From Lama glama (Eukaryota), in the NCBI GenBank assembly GCA_028534125.1, contig CM052817.1, positions 66,280,001-66,344,000 of the forward strand: a stretch of DNA of 64,000 nt. The letters run 5' to 3'. The notes below the pieces were generated by a model, which saw only the letters and a program-made list of their open reading frames with translations, made no database searches and was not told where the DNA came from. A program made the translations under genes and the position numbers. Shown here piece after piece: positions 25,231 through 38,990 of the stretch; positions within the stretch are counted from its first letter, which is position 1, and each line of letters starts with the position of its first letter.

Positions 25231-27574
25231 CTTCTGTGTGGAAGTGGATTCTACAGCCTCTTTGTACTGTATGATCTTTCTCTTAAGGACGCTCCAGCAG
25301 CAAGTCATAGGGATCATGCCACCTGTATAGTCTCACTGTTGTGGACTATGAGAAAGCAGTGTTCTAATGCCTGATTGCATTCCATATTTTATTTCACTCT
25401 CTGTACCAGCCTCCTTTCTTCATTCTTTATTTTTTATCAGTCTTTTTGATCATAAGGCAGAACAGGTCTTCTTATGTATATATATATGTTTGTTTGCATG
25501 TATATATATGTATATGTATATATATATGAATATGATAAACTCATAACAAAGGACTTGAGAAGATTTGAAAATCATCAAAGAATAAGTAATGAATACAGAA
25601 TAATTGTATTCTAACACCTAAATGCTGAAAGAATGTCAAATACATAATCATGATCAACTAAGACCCTTACACCATGCTCTGTGTTTCCATATAATTCACG
25701 TTCAGCATGAAATTCTATTTCAGGACTTGCAAAATTAGTAAACTTTAAAAAATTTCTATTTTGATGTCCATTTCTGTTCCAGTGAGATATGGGAACCAAT
25801 AAACGTTCAGGTCTGGATTAGGAAAACATAGAACGTAGGTAGATATTCTCTGTAAATATTCTGATGTTATAGGTCTGGAATGGAACTTGGAAAATTCTGT
25901 TAACAAAAGAAAAACTTCTCAGATGGTTTTGATATGCATCCAGGTTTGGAAAGACATGTTTCCTAGATAGAGTCCAAATTCCTCATGATGGCATATATGG
26001 TCCTCTATCCTCTGATTGTGCTACCCACGCCCCACTTCTACACTGCAGTCTGCTTCCCACCTGTACCAATTAGCCTGCACTTCTCCAGACAGAGTTGAGT
26101 TGTGCCTACCTGCCAGGTCTACCTGCATAATTCAAGAGCCCAGGTTAAAAATGATTACTAAGCCCTTCTGGTTTCTGATCTATTCTGTAAGGACTTTAAT
26201 AACAGCATATGAACACTTTATATCAGGATCAGAAATATGCCAATTGAAAAGTAGCCTGCAGGAGGCTGCACCTGTTGCACCAAGACTATTGGCAAAATTG
26301 AATACTCAGGAAACTGTTCCTTCGTTTAAGGAAAAATATTTTAGTAGAACTTCTGTTTATACAAAGGAGAGATCCAGATCCTATTCTGAACATGAAATGT
26401 TGAGCAAAAGGAGGGCTGAAAGCCTCAGGAGAATAGGGCTGTAAGGATGTAAGGACTCTTGGTTTTTAGCGGGGAGAGATGTTCTGACAAGGCAAGGATA
26501 GCTTCAGATTGACAGATTATGCTGAGTCCTGGGTTTCAGAGCATTCTTAGAGTGTCTTGAAGCAGCAGACTGAATTCTGACCCTAGAGCAGAAGCTTTCA
26601 GCCCTGTCTACAGCTTGATTTGCTGCTGACTGATGGGTCTAAGCCAATTGGGGTTTATTGAAGACAGAATCAGAGACTTCCAGGTGCCTCTTGCTTTGTG
26701 AGTCATAAACAACACTAGAAAATGTTCAAATAACCATCCACCCTCTGAAAAAACTGTAAGAGGTGTCTATCATCACCTTATCTAAAACCTCTAAAAATCC
26801 CTGGTCTGGAAGGTGGAGTAGGAGCTGAAACCACACAATGAATCGGAAGTAGAAGTTGCGTTGATATCTGACAACCTTTATTGAGGGCCAGCTCTGTGTA
26901 CTGAGGGCTTGATGTGTCTTGGCACATGTAATACTCACTGCCTCCTATAAAATCAGTCCTCTTTCAGAGTGAAGTAAGAATGTGGAAATAGAGACACACA
27001 GAATTTAGGGTCAAAACATCTAGCAAGTGGCAGGCTGAGTTTTGAGCCTTGCCCTGAGTCTTGCTAGAGCCCACTCCTTAAACACCAAGAAACTTAAGAC
27101 AATGCAGTTCACAATGACAAAGGCAAGGACAACCCACTGAAAATGTTTATTATAAACAGGAAGGAAAAGGAAATTCAAATAGAAATTTTACCAAATATGC
27201 ATTAAGTACACCATGGGACACTAACAAAACCATGTATGTGATACAAAACAAAAACAGAAGAAAACCCAAAAAACTTATTCAGGATCTATTTCAAAGTAAT
27301 AGCAACATCTTGTTCTCTTTGTGGCTAATTTGTTTTTGCAGTAATAATTTTTTTCCATGGAGTGAAATCTCTTAGTACTTTACCTGTATCACTATAGATT
27401 TTTGTTGTGTTGAAATGTATCTTCTTCCTTGTTCCATTTTGTTCCATTTAATGATGTTTTCTAGCCTTAATTATATTAAAAAAAATCCTCCACCCAATTA
27501 AGTCAAACTTGGGAGTTTGCAGAAGATAGCCAAATCCCTCTTTGATCCTAAGTAATTAATTTTTCTGTTTTTAG

Positions 27575-27648
27575 GGGGAGAAATATTTCAGCTGACACTT
27601 TTGGGAAGAATTGACAATAGGAAAAAATGTCTTCTAATTTTAAGAAAG
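27575..27648 (+). other. Candidate 74-nt internal exon of an unidentified gene or lncRNA
   Basis: Acceptor ttttctgtttttag|, consensus donor AAG|GTAAGT; one fully open frame (GEIFQLTLLGRIDNRKKCLLILRK); non-repeat context. Confidence 0.35.
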
Positions 27649-28569
27649 GTAAGTACTTTTCCCATTGAAACTACAAATTCTTATAAATATGAGTTTAACT
27701 GATAGAGCCACATTATATAAAACCATGTATGTAAAGTACAGACTCCAAGCTCACGTTAATATTCCTATAAGAGGTACTCTTTTTGTAATATTCATAAAGT
27801 GACCTATTTGATGAACAAAGGGCTTTTGCTTTTTGGATTATATGATTCAAATTAAATCTGAATAACATCCTATTATGTTTACCCATGAGTTTCAGTAGCT
27901 GCCAGTAAGCCCATATTCATTTTTACAGAGCAGTATGACTGTAATCTCCACCTGGTGGTTTTGGTAAAGAAAAACTATTAGAAGGTATGGTGATGTCAGT
28001 GGATCTCAACTGATACTCATATCAATGAACAGTTACTTGTGGCTAAATCAGAACCACTGGAAAATGGTGTGTAGAGTCCCACAGAGTGGGACGGGGATGA
28101 GGAAGTTTTCCCATTTCCTTACAGATCAAGATGTTGTAGAGCATTCTTTTGCCAGTGCAGTACTGCAAAGGTTAGAGTTTGGTATTTAAAATCATTCACA
28201 CTTATTATTAAATTTTATCTATATTTAAAATCTGAAGCCAGCTATTATGAAGAGCTCGAATCATAATTAGTTGAATAAACACTGACAGTCAGTGAGATGG
28301 GTCTTAGTCACAGCTTGGTGACTGAGACCTGCGCCTCCTTACTCCACGCCTCAACCTACCCTCCGTAAAATGAAGACAGTAAATTTCCCTTCATCACAGG
28401 ATGGTCAAGACACCAGCAGTTCAGTACTGACGCCTTCACTGCTGCTGTCTGACCAACAGCTAAAGCACTAACCACACAACAGCATTGACGGTTACTCTGT
28501 ACGGAGCTGTAATTTTGGTGTGAGCTCAGGGTCTTCCGACTCTGCCATCTTAGTCACTGTCCTGCTTTT

Positions 28570-28760
28570 TAATTTTCATACCATTTATCACCTTCTAACA
28601 GACACAAGTTATTTTATTTGTCATTGTTATTATTTATGTCCCTTTAACCAGATACAAGCTCAGTGAGGACAGGACTTTGTTCACTACTGAATCTTTACGG
28701 ACTCTAATAGTTCCTGGCACACAGGAGGTGATCATTACATGTTTTTAAATGAATGTGTGA
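28570..28760 (+). mobile_element. L2 3' end
   Basis: 'caagctcagtgaggacaggactttgttcact...tagttcctggcacacaggaggtg'. Confidence 0.7.
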
Positions 28761-28948
28761 ATATTTTAATATTATATGTGGACATAATGTAGTCCAAATT
28801 GTAAGATGCCAATGATTAAAGAAAAGGACTGCATAACTTTTTACCTCTTGTATGAAATAAGTGCAAAAAGATCTAGAGAAAGAAGCAGTGTAATATCCCT
28901 TGTAGAACATACACTGTACAAGGATTTTTGTTTGTTTTGTTTGTTTAC

Positions 28949-29496
28949 TGGTGAGAGATTAAACATGCAAATGGACAGTGGTCCAACCATACATAAAAAT
29001 AGAACTTTGACCTACAACCTGCAGCAAACTTCCTGGGAAACCAATCCCCTTATCTACAATAAACAACCCAGGAAACCCACCTGCTATGAGTCACACATGC
29101 AGGAAGCTTGATTGCTATCTCTAGTGACAGTCTAGGAAGCTAAATAATAATTTCTGTAACAATCAGCCCAATATGGCCAGGACCTAACAATTGACAGCTT
29201 CCATAATTTTTGTCCCTATTTCCAACTTAAGATCAACCACAGAAAGCCAACTGTGTACCCTAACCAGTTACAGAGGATCCCCTGCTTCTAGTTGGCTCTC
29301 CTACAGGTTCCCCATGCCAACAGCTTCCAATCAGGGCACACCTGATGCCTCCCCCTTTTTCCATTATAAAGCTTTTCCATTTGTCTTTGAGTCCCTGCCA
29401 AAATACAAGTGACAGTGGCTAACTCCCTTACCATAGCAAGCTCAGAATAAGCAGTGTTTGCTTTACTCCTTTGGTTGGTCTTCGTTTATTTCCACA
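28949..29496 (+). mobile_element. Solo ERV1 LTR (MER39/MER34-group-like) nested in L2
   Basis: TG...CA ends, TSD ttac/ctac, 'aaaaatagaactttgacctacaacctgcagca'; L2 sequence continues on both sides. Confidence 0.8.
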
Positions 29497-30250
29497 CTAC
29501 TATATCCTGAACTCCTAGAACAAAACATAACATGTAGTAGGTACTCAATGAACATTCATTAAGTGAATAAATGGATGGACGACTAACATAATCAGTGAAA
29601 ATTCACATACTGTGGCAGCATGTTTCAACTCACCTTGAAGGAAAAAATGGAAATTGTTGCCATACACGTTTTCTTCCTAGGTTGTTTAAGTCTATCTTAC
29701 CTCTCTCAAAGGAAAAGAGAAAACTGTGCCATAGTAGTAGAAGCTAGATCTTTTGATGTGTCTTGAGAAAGGATGATAAAGTATAGAATCTAAGGGCAAG
29801 TTTTCCTTTGCATTCTGCTCATTGAGTTATCTTTGAGATCCTGAGCTTTAAAGTTTATGTGGTAAAAAATACCTCCTTCTCTCCATTCCTTATCCTATCT
29901 CTCAGAGAAGTTCTCATGATCCATGGGTGGGCCAAGCCAGCTCACCAGGAAACTAGGGGTTTGGAGTCAAAATGCCAGTTAGTGAAAGACTGTGATTGCT
30001 TGTCTATAGTATCTGTGTACTGACCAGACAAGTGTAAAGAAACGTTGTCTGTGGCCATAGTAGATGGCAGGTAGGAAATTCAGGGACTTTGGATTATTGG
30101 CTATCTTTTTATTATTTTTCCACTACAATAGGTTTCCTGTTTTTCCAATAAAATATATGGAGAGGGAAAGGGCTGGAAATGGAGAAGGTGACTGTGTGTG
30201 AACTTGGGAACCATTGAAAAATATGGTTTGTAGATTACAATCAGATTTTT

Positions 30251-32823
30251 TAAAATTTTATTTTATTGAATTATAGTCAGTTTACAATGTTGTGTCAATG
30301 TCCAGTGTAGAGCACAATTTTTCAGTTATACATGAACATACATATATTCATTGTCACATTCTTTTTCATTGTGAGCTACCACAATATCTTGTATATATTT
30401 CCCTGTGCTATACAATATAATCTTGTTTATCTATTCTGTATATACCTGTCAGTATCTACAAATTTCCAACTCCCAGTCTGTCCCTTCCCACCCCTCTTCC
30501 CATTGGCAACCACAAGCTTGTATTCTATGTCTATGAGTCTGTTTCTGTTTTATATTTATGTTCATTTTTCTTTTTTTTTTTCTTTTGTTTTTAGATTCCA
30601 CATATGAGAGATCTCATACGATATTTTTCTTTCTCTTTCTGGCTTACTTTACTTAGAATGACATTCTCCAGGAGCATCCATGTTGCTGCAAATGGCATGA
30701 TGTTGTCATTTTTATGGCTGAATAGTATTCCATTGTATAAATATAACACATCTTTATCCAGTCATCTGTTGATGGACATTTAGGCTGTTTCCATGTCTTG
30801 GCTATTGTAAATAGTGCTACTATGAACGTTGGGGTGCAGGTGTCTTTTTGAAGTAGGGTCCCTTCTGGATATATGCCCAGGAGCGGGATTCCTGGGTCAT
30901 ATGGTAAGTCTTTTTCTAGTCTTTTTGAGGAATTCCATACTGTTTTCCACAGTGGTTGCACCAAACTACATTCCCACCAGCAGTGTAGGAGGGTTCTCCT
31001 TTCTCCACAGCCTCTCCAGCATTTATCATTTGTGGACTTCTGAATGATGGCCATTCTGACTGCTGTGAGGTGATACCTCACTGTAGTTTTGATTTGCATT
31101 TTTCTGATAATTAGTGATATTGAGCATTTTTTTCATGTGCCTATTGATCATTCGTATGTCTTCCTTGGAGAATTGTTTGTTTAGGTCTTCTGCCCATTTT
31201 TTGATTGGGGTGTTTGTTTTTTTCTTATTAAGTTGTAGGAGCTGCTTATACATTCTGGAGATCAAGCCTTTGTCAGTTTCATCTTTTGCAAAAATTTTCT
31301 CCCATTCCATAGGTTGTCATTTTGTTTTGCTTATGGGTTCCTTTGCTGTGCAGAAGCTTGTAAGTTTCATTAGGTCCCATTTATTTATTCCTGCTATTAT
31401 TTCTGTTGCTTGGGTAGACTGTTCTAGGAGAACATTTTTGAGATGTAGGTCAGATAATGTTTTACCTATGTTTTCTTCTAGGAGGTTTATTTTATCTTGT
31501 CTGATGTTTAAGTCTTTGTTCCATTTTGAGTTGATTTTTGTGTGTGGTGTAAGGGAGTGTTCTAGCTTCATTGCTTTACATGCTGCTGTCCAGTTTTCCC
31601 AACAGTATTTGCTGAAGAGACTGTCTTTATTCCATTGTATGTTCTTGCCTCCTTTGTCGAAGATTAGTTGACCAAAAGTTTGTGGGTTCATTTCTGGGTT
31701 CTCTATTCTGTTGCATTGGTCCATATGTCTGTTTTTGTACCAGTACCATGCTGTTTTGATTACTGTAGCTCTGTAGTATTGTCTGAAGAGTGGGAGGGTT
31801 ATTTCTCCAGCCACTCTCTTTTACTTCAGTAATGCTTTGGCAATTCTGGGTCTTCTGTGATTCCATATAAATTTTATTATGATTTGTTCTAGTTCTGTGA
31901 AATATCCTTGGTCATTTGATAGGGATTACATTAAATCTGTAGATTACCTTGGGCAGTATGACCATTTTAACAGTATTGATTCTTCCAATCCAGGAGCATG
32001 GGATATCTTTCCATTTTTTTAAGTCTTCTTTAGGTTACTTAATCAGTGTTTTATAGTTCTCTGTGTGTAAGTCTTTTACCTCCTTGGTTAGATTTATTCC
32101 CAGATATTTTTTTACTTTGGGTGCTATTTTAAAAGGGATTGTTTCTTTCCTTTCCTTTCCTGTTGATTCATCATTAGTGTAAAGAAATGCAACTGATTTT
32201 TGAATGTTAATCTTGTAACCTGCTACCTTGCTGAATTTGTCGATTATTTCTAGTAGTTTTTGTGTGGACCTTTTAGGGTTTTCTATGTATAGTATCACGT
32301 CATCTGCATGTAGTGACAGTTTTACCTCTTCTTTTCCAATTTGGATCCATTTTCTTTCTTTCTCCTGCCTGATTGCTGTGGCTAGAACTTCCAAGACTAT
32401 GTTGAATAGGAGTGGTGATAGTGGGCATCCTTGTCTTGTCCCAGATTTTAGTGGGAATCTTTTGAGTTTTTCACAATTGAGTACTATGATGTCTGTAGGT
32501 TTGTCATATATAGCTTTTATTATGTTGAGATATGTTCCCTCTATAACCACTTTGGTAAGAGTTTTTATCATAAATGGGTGTTGAATTTTATCAAATGCTT
32601 TTTCTGCATCGATTGAGATGATCATGTGGTTTTTGTCCTTTCTCTTGTTGATGTGATGCATTACATTGATTGATTTCGTATGTTGAACCACCCTTGTGTC
32701 CCTGGGATGAACCCCACTTGATCATGATGTATAATCTTTTTTATGTGCTGTTGGATTCTATTTGCTAATATTTTGGTAAGGATTTTTGCCTCTATGTTCA
32801 TCAGTGATATTGGTCTGTAATTC
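30251..32823 (-). mobile_element. 5'-truncated L1 (~2.6 kb): frameshifted ORF2 RT and C-terminus plus 3' UTR
   Basis: ORF fragments with [38 protein letters not shown]; 15-bp TSD tacaatcagattt(t/c)t at 30236 and 32824. Confidence 0.97.
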
Positions 32824-34739
32824 TACAATCAGATTTCTAAAAGGAATTTTTTTTATAAAGCTTAGTAGGGAGCAGGGAAGCAAGTTCTTAAGAAAGAAAA
32901 GAATACAACATAGTGATGTTTTAGGAAGACTAATCTGGCAGCCAGTGACATTTGCTTTAGCACTCATACGATTTCAAGAAAATTAAACAGAATAGATGGT
33001 GTTACCTCAGTTTAATTTATCTTAAATAACTTTCTGGTAGCTGTCTTGGATCAAATTCAAGGAAAGATCTTCAAAGAAGAGAAAAATAAGTTAACCTTTT
33101 ACTTTCAACATCAATCTTTTTCATAAAATCTTATGAATTTACTTTGTATCATAATGTAGTTTAATTTTTTTTGACAATAAATTAGGACAGGCAACTCATG
33201 CTGTATCCCTAGGAAAGAGTTAAGGTGTATTTCAGACTGTTAGGGAGTTTATATAGTGCACAAAGTGAGTTTTTCAAATATTAATTGTATGTGTGTGCGT
33301 GTATGTGCACATATAACAGAGAGAAAGAAGAGCAAGGTGAAAGATGCATCCCTATAGTTCATTTGAAAATTCTGTTAGAGATAGTTAATGACTTAATAGG
33401 GAATTTCAAATTTGAGAAAAAACCAATATAACTCACCCACCATATCCTTTTATATACATTTAGTAATGTGTATATAACTGAATTTTAGGATCTTTGTTCA
33501 TGTTTTTAAGACACATTCAATGGCAAAGTAGAGAGAGGAGCTTTCTAAATGACTTAGCAAATCTAATTGTATTAAAATTTGTAGCTGGTAGGAAAGGATT
33601 ATTTTTCTTTCACAGGTGGTATTTAACAACTGTATTCATAGGCACACTAGAAATTCAACCCAGATGACTTTCCTTATAAATGTTTTCTGGAGATACTATT
33701 ATAAAAAAGAACATTAATTCTTTAATCTACTATAGTTGGTTTTCATATATTAAATTGCTGCTCTGAGCTTTTGGGCTCCTGGTAATCAAAATACTAAGAA
33801 CTGCAAACAACGGCATTCTGTGTGCCCAAAACCACTCAGCAGCTATTCTGTGACTGAGAAGAACATTTAAGACTCATTTATCAGTGTTCATGGTCAGATT
33901 GAGTTAGGTAAAAAACATTTTAATGATATTAGAAATTATATTGTAATAAAAATTTCTTGGGAAACCTGAAATTAGGTGTGGCATAAGGCCTGTGGAAAAG
34001 CATATGGAATTGCTACAATATCATATAAATTTTATTTTTACTTCAACATTTATACTACACATTTCTGGGAACTTGTGATCAAAAGAACTAGGTTTAAACT
34101 AAACCATCTCCCTTCTAGCTATGTGACTCTGATCACATTACCTCCCTTTTCTGAGTTTGTTTGTTCCCTAAGGGTAAGACCTATGGCCCAGGGCATTGAT
34201 AAGCATGAAATAAAGCATTTTGAAAAGTACAAAAATAGTGTCTGATTCATAGTAGCATCTTAGTAAGTGAATTAAGTAGAATAATTAATAAGAAAATCTG
34301 AATAAAAGAATGAATCAGCAAAATAAATCCCTTGTAATGGAGATTGATAAAGTGCCAGACTCCCTTACTTTATTACTGTACTTCAGACACTACTTAAGAG
34401 TCTCGAGAGTTTCCTTTTTTTTTTTTTTTTGAGAGTTTGAAATAGAACAGTCATTTGGAAGGACCTCCTGGATTATCTGAAGTTTTTAATCCCACTTTTG
34501 TGATCTCATTGAATGAATTTGCATTTGAATCACTTATCAAATATTGTATATGTTGGTTCATATAATCTGCTTCTCCCATAAAATACCAAGTAGAATATAC
34601 ATAAATATTTGTGGAGTAAAATATCTCATGACTCTGATCTTTAAACATGGTTTGAATCATGCAGTAGAAACTAACTGAGTATTTGTTGGATTAGTATCTC
34701 ACAGGCAAATAGTAGTTCATTGAATGAATGAAGCTTTGT

Positions 34740-35620
34740 ATATTTTACTCAGGTATATTACCTCAGAAAATATGAGCAACAAAAATGGTAGGCTTTGTCT
34801 AATGGGTATGTATAGAAACTTAAATCTGCAGAACATATGAAATTTCTGTAAAATCATCTCATTAATTACAAATGACTGGAAGCACCCAAACCACATTATA
34901 TGACCACATTGAAATTAATTAAAAAATAACAACAAAATGTAACCAGAAAAAAGCCATTTATCTTTAAACTAAGGAAAGCTTTATCTTATGAGTAAAAATT
35001 ATAATACAAGTTAGAAAATATTTATAACAATAATGGAAAAGCTGTATGTATATACAAGAGTTTGGTATACAACCAAAGCAAGACTTAGAAGGAAATATAA
35101 AGCCTTAATATTTTTACTAGAAAAGGAAGTAATTAATGAGGTAAGCATCTTACTTAAGGAGTTAAAAATTAATAGAAAAAAAGAATAGAAGAAATAAATA
35201 ATAAATACAAGATCTGATATTAATGAAGGAGAAATCAGAAAATACCAGTATATCAAAAAAGAATGAAATCGACAGTCTTTCTGGAAAGATATATAAAAGA
35301 AACAGTAAGGGAGAAAAATGTTTTAAATATTAAGAACAAAGAATAAAACTAACAAAAATGTGTAGATTCTGAAAAGATAAGGAATATTATGAACATTTCA
35401 TGTCAATAAATTTGAAATCTTAGACAAAAGGTAACTTAAATCTGATTCAAGAAATGAATATCTGAATGGTCTATAATCTTTAAAGAAGTTAAAACACCAG
35501 TTAAAAATCTCCCAAAGCAAACTCAAGGGCAAGCTTGGTTTGACAAGAAGGTTATACCAAACTTCCAAGAAACAATCCAAACATTAAAAAACTCTTTAAT
35601 AAAAGTGAAAAGAGGGAATT
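34740..35620 (+). mobile_element. Ancient L1M ORF2 fragment
   Basis: A-rich; 'caaagcaagacttagaaggaaatataaagcc', 'tgtcaataaatttgaaatcttagac', 'ttataccaaacttccaagaa'. Confidence 0.7.
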
Positions 35621-35859
35621 TTGTTAAATATTATAATAGTTGATATATGTAAAATATATGTATAACATACATATATTACATGGTGTAGTAATAAAATAAA
35701 CATATTCTAAAATCTTAAAAAACCCCAATACTGTTGCCACTGAGTGTTTCTTCTCTATCCTGTCCTGCTGCCTCTCCTAGAGGTTAACAGTACCCTGAAT
35801 TTCATATTTTTTATAACAGAGTTTTAAAAAATTGAAGCACTTAGTTAAATGGACAGACA

Positions 35860-36540
35860 TGAATACATTTTGACAAATAATTACACATATGTAAATAAGA
35901 TAAAGAATAATTCCATTACACCAAGTAATTCCCTCCTTCCACCAAGACAGCCACTGTTCTCCACTTCTTCCCATCACCACAGGTTAGTTTTGTCTGCCTT
36001 TGAACTTTGCATCAGTGGACTTATATGACATGTATTCGTGTGTGTGTTTCTTTTGGGATTCATCCATCTTGTCTTAGTAGTTCATTCCTTTTCATGGCTA
36101 AGCAATATCCCAGTGTATAAATATACCACTGTTTGTACATCCATTTTCCTGTCGATGTAATGCCAGGCTGTTTTTAGTTTAGGGTTGCTGTGACTAAAAA
36201 TGATACGAACATCCTTATGCACAACTTTTTGTGGACATACTTCAGCATTACTCATGTAAGTATTTTGAAGTAGAATTGCTGGATCAATGAATATGTGTAT
36301 CTTTTTTATAAGAAGCTTCCAAACTGTTTTCCAAACTGCTTGTACCATTTAACATTCACACAGGAAATTTATGAGAGCTTCAGTTGCTCTCCTTGCAGTG
36401 GAATTTTGGATGTTGCCAATCTTCTGAATTTTAGCCATTCGAGTGTGTGCAAAGTGGTATCCCAATGGAGTTTTAATTTGAATTTCCCTGGCACATAATA
36501 AGGTTGAACAACTTTTCAAGTGCATGAGTGATTTGGGAAA
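35860..36540 (-). mobile_element. Ancient L1M 3' region
   Basis: ORF 36082-36348 'VWKTVWKLL...DPAILL' is L1 ORF2 C-terminal-like. Confidence 0.8.
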
Positions 36541-37156
36541 GAGTACTATGAAAAGAGTACTCTCTGAAAGAGAGTTTTGCTTATTTTGGATATAATTTAA
36601 AAAAAAATCCTGAATGTTTTGGGATTAGAAAGATGGCTTCCAGCTTCTCTTCATTATTTTCTTAGAAATCTACAGATTTCTGCATATGTGATGTTTCTCT
36701 CTCCTCTCTTAAAAATAAGGAAATCCCACAGAAATATACAAATGATTCAGTTCAAAATGTGAGGGAAAGCTTCAGGTGCAAACAACAAGGTGTTAATGAA
36801 CTTTAAATTATGACCCCCTCATCTGACCAATCAAGTGCTGCCCAAAACTTAATGTATGCAGGAGAAATAAAACTATAAACTCCAACAGAGTTTGGAATTT
36901 ATAGTTCCAAACGGGCCTGCCTGAGAGCTTGATAACAACACCTCATTATGTGAGTTGAAATATTTTGTAAACAGACGAAATGATATGTAACTACCTATTT
37001 CTAAAGACAAATTGATGAATTCAATTATAAATTCACTTAAATTGAACAGAGCTCTTGTTTTTACTGAGTTATTGAGTCTAGTAATGCCTATATGAATTTA
37101 AGATGCAAGATTTCATAAATTTCCAGAAACAGAAAAAAATAAACTTTATATGCTTG

Positions 37157-37510
37157 TTGGGCCAAAACTGAACAGCTGTATGTCAGTCAGTGAAGTTGGA
37201 ACAGTCACTCATTCCACTCTCAAAAATAAACTCACAACGGCTTAAAGACTTCAATATAAGACAAGACTATAAACTTCTTAGAAGAAAACATAGGCAAAAC
37301 ATTCTCTGACATAAATCTGTGCAATGTTCTCCTAGGGCAGTCTACCCAGGCAATAGAAATCTAAGCAAAAATAAACAAATGGAACCTAATTAAACTTACA
37401 AGCTTTTGCACAGCAGAGGAAAAGCAAAACAAAAAGACAGCGTATGGAATGGGAGAAAATATTTACAGAAGGTGAGACTGACAAGGGCTTAATTTCCAGA
37501 ACATCTAAAA
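37157..37510 (+). mobile_element. Internal L1 ORF2 fragment of the younger L1 lineage, both ends truncated
   Basis: Collinear with ~31250-31605 (e.g. agaagaaaacataggcaaaaca, cagtctaccca). Confidence 0.85.
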
Positions 37511-37544
37511 GTATTCCAAAATTAGAAGTTTACTAAATATATAT

Positions 37545-37680
37545 TTGGAGAGTGATAAGGGAAATGTGGCAAAATATTAAGAATTGGTACATCTAGGCAA
37601 TAGGTATATGTGGACATTTACTGGCCAATTTTTTCAACTTTTCTGTAGGTTTAAAATTTGTCAAAATAAAATGTTAGAAC
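37545..37680 (+). mobile_element. L1ME-type 3' end
   Basis: 'aaatgtggcaaaatatt...caacttttctgtaggtttaaaattt...aaataaaatgtt'. Confidence 0.65.
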
Positions 37681-37919
37681 AAATAAGAGAAAATCACATT
37701 AGGAAAAACAAAACAAAAGAAAAAAATTTAAAACATTTACATACTGTATAAATATTAAAAATAGTTGATACTATTTCTTATTCAGGTGAATCTTTGAATA
37801 ATTTATAATAGTTTAATAATTTTGATTTAAAACAATGTATGCCATCTCCCTGATTTTATCACAGTGTGAAAAGAATAATATTAACATGTTTTATTTTATT
37901 TTATTTAGTAGTGTTTTAG

Positions 37920-38317
37920 TTTATTTATTCATAAAAACTTAATTCTGAAATTTTTTTTTCCTAAACTGATTTTATGGATAATTTATCATTGTTTCCACAA
38001 AATGTTTAGGTAAAATTTGAATATACAACTAAGGCAAATTAGCAGACATATTTATTTATTCATAAAAGGTTAATTCTTCTGAAATTTTTAATCTCCTGAA
38101 CTGATTTTTATGGGTAATTTATCATTGTTTCCACAAAATGTTTAGGTAAAACTTGAATATACAACTAAGGCAAATTAGCAGACATATTTATTTATTCATA
38201 AAAAGGTTAATTCTTCTGAAATTTTTAATCTCCTGAACTGATTTTTATGGGCAATTTATCATTGTTTCCACAACATGTTTATGTAAAATTTGAATATATA
38301 GCTAAAGTAAATTAGCA
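37920..38317. repeat. Tandem triplication, ~131-136-bp unit
   Basis: Copies at 37920-38050, 38051-38186 and 38187-38317 share 'aatttatcattgtttccacaa...gaatata...aaattagca'. Confidence 0.95.
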
Positions 38318-38539
38318 CTATTGTCTAAAATGGTTTACTATGTAAACTTTTTATCATGCTATGAATCAGTAAGACTAGCTATTCCAAATACACTATTTGG
38401 ATAAAAAAAATTATAAATAAAATGTGACTGTCAAGCTAGTAGGCTGAAAAGGATATAAAATACCTTGTCTTAGTATACATGGTTATTATTAACCTTCACA
38501 GAAGTAAAAGCCATATACCAGCTTTCCCACGATTCAGTC

Positions 38540-38990
38540 AAGTATTGCCACAATAGTCCTGCTTATCTAACTATCCCCAAACTCAGTGGATTAAAGGAAT
38601 ATTTATTTCCTTGCTCATATGTCTGCAGGTAGTCTGTACATTAGCTGGGCTATGGTGGGCCCCCAGCTCTGGGATTCAGGCCCCAGGTTCCATTTTCATT
38701 GTTTTGGGGCCTAGGCTAAAGGGCATCAGCCCCCTGGAACATACTTCTCTGACAGCAGGTGGCTGAAGCGTAAGAAGACATGCTCTATCGTGTAGGAACA
38801 GTTCCACCCTCCTCCCGGCCCGGCTTGCATACACTAACATCCCAGTAGCCAAAGCCAGCCACGTGACCAATCCCAAGTCAAAGGACAAAGAAATATACTT
38901 CACTCACGGAGAGGCCATGGCAAGTATATGAAAGAAAAATGTCACAACAGATGAGTGAATGATTGAATTCAGTAATTTAGTCCACGTTAT
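38540..38990 (-). mobile_element. MaLR LTR (MLT1-like)
   Basis: 'ccccaaactcagtggattaaa', 'gccaaagccagccacgtgaccaatcccaagtc'. Confidence 0.75.

Noticed and set aside
26016..26444. 142-aa ORF
   Set aside because: Non-ATG start, no recognisable domain, begins in repeat-like sequence
31114..32584. Plus-strand ORFs of 185 and 118 aa (also 58771-59292)
   Set aside because: Antisense shadows of L1 ORF2
37920..38317. CRISPR-like array
   Set aside because: No unique spacers, ~135-bp unit, mammalian context; a simple tandem triplication
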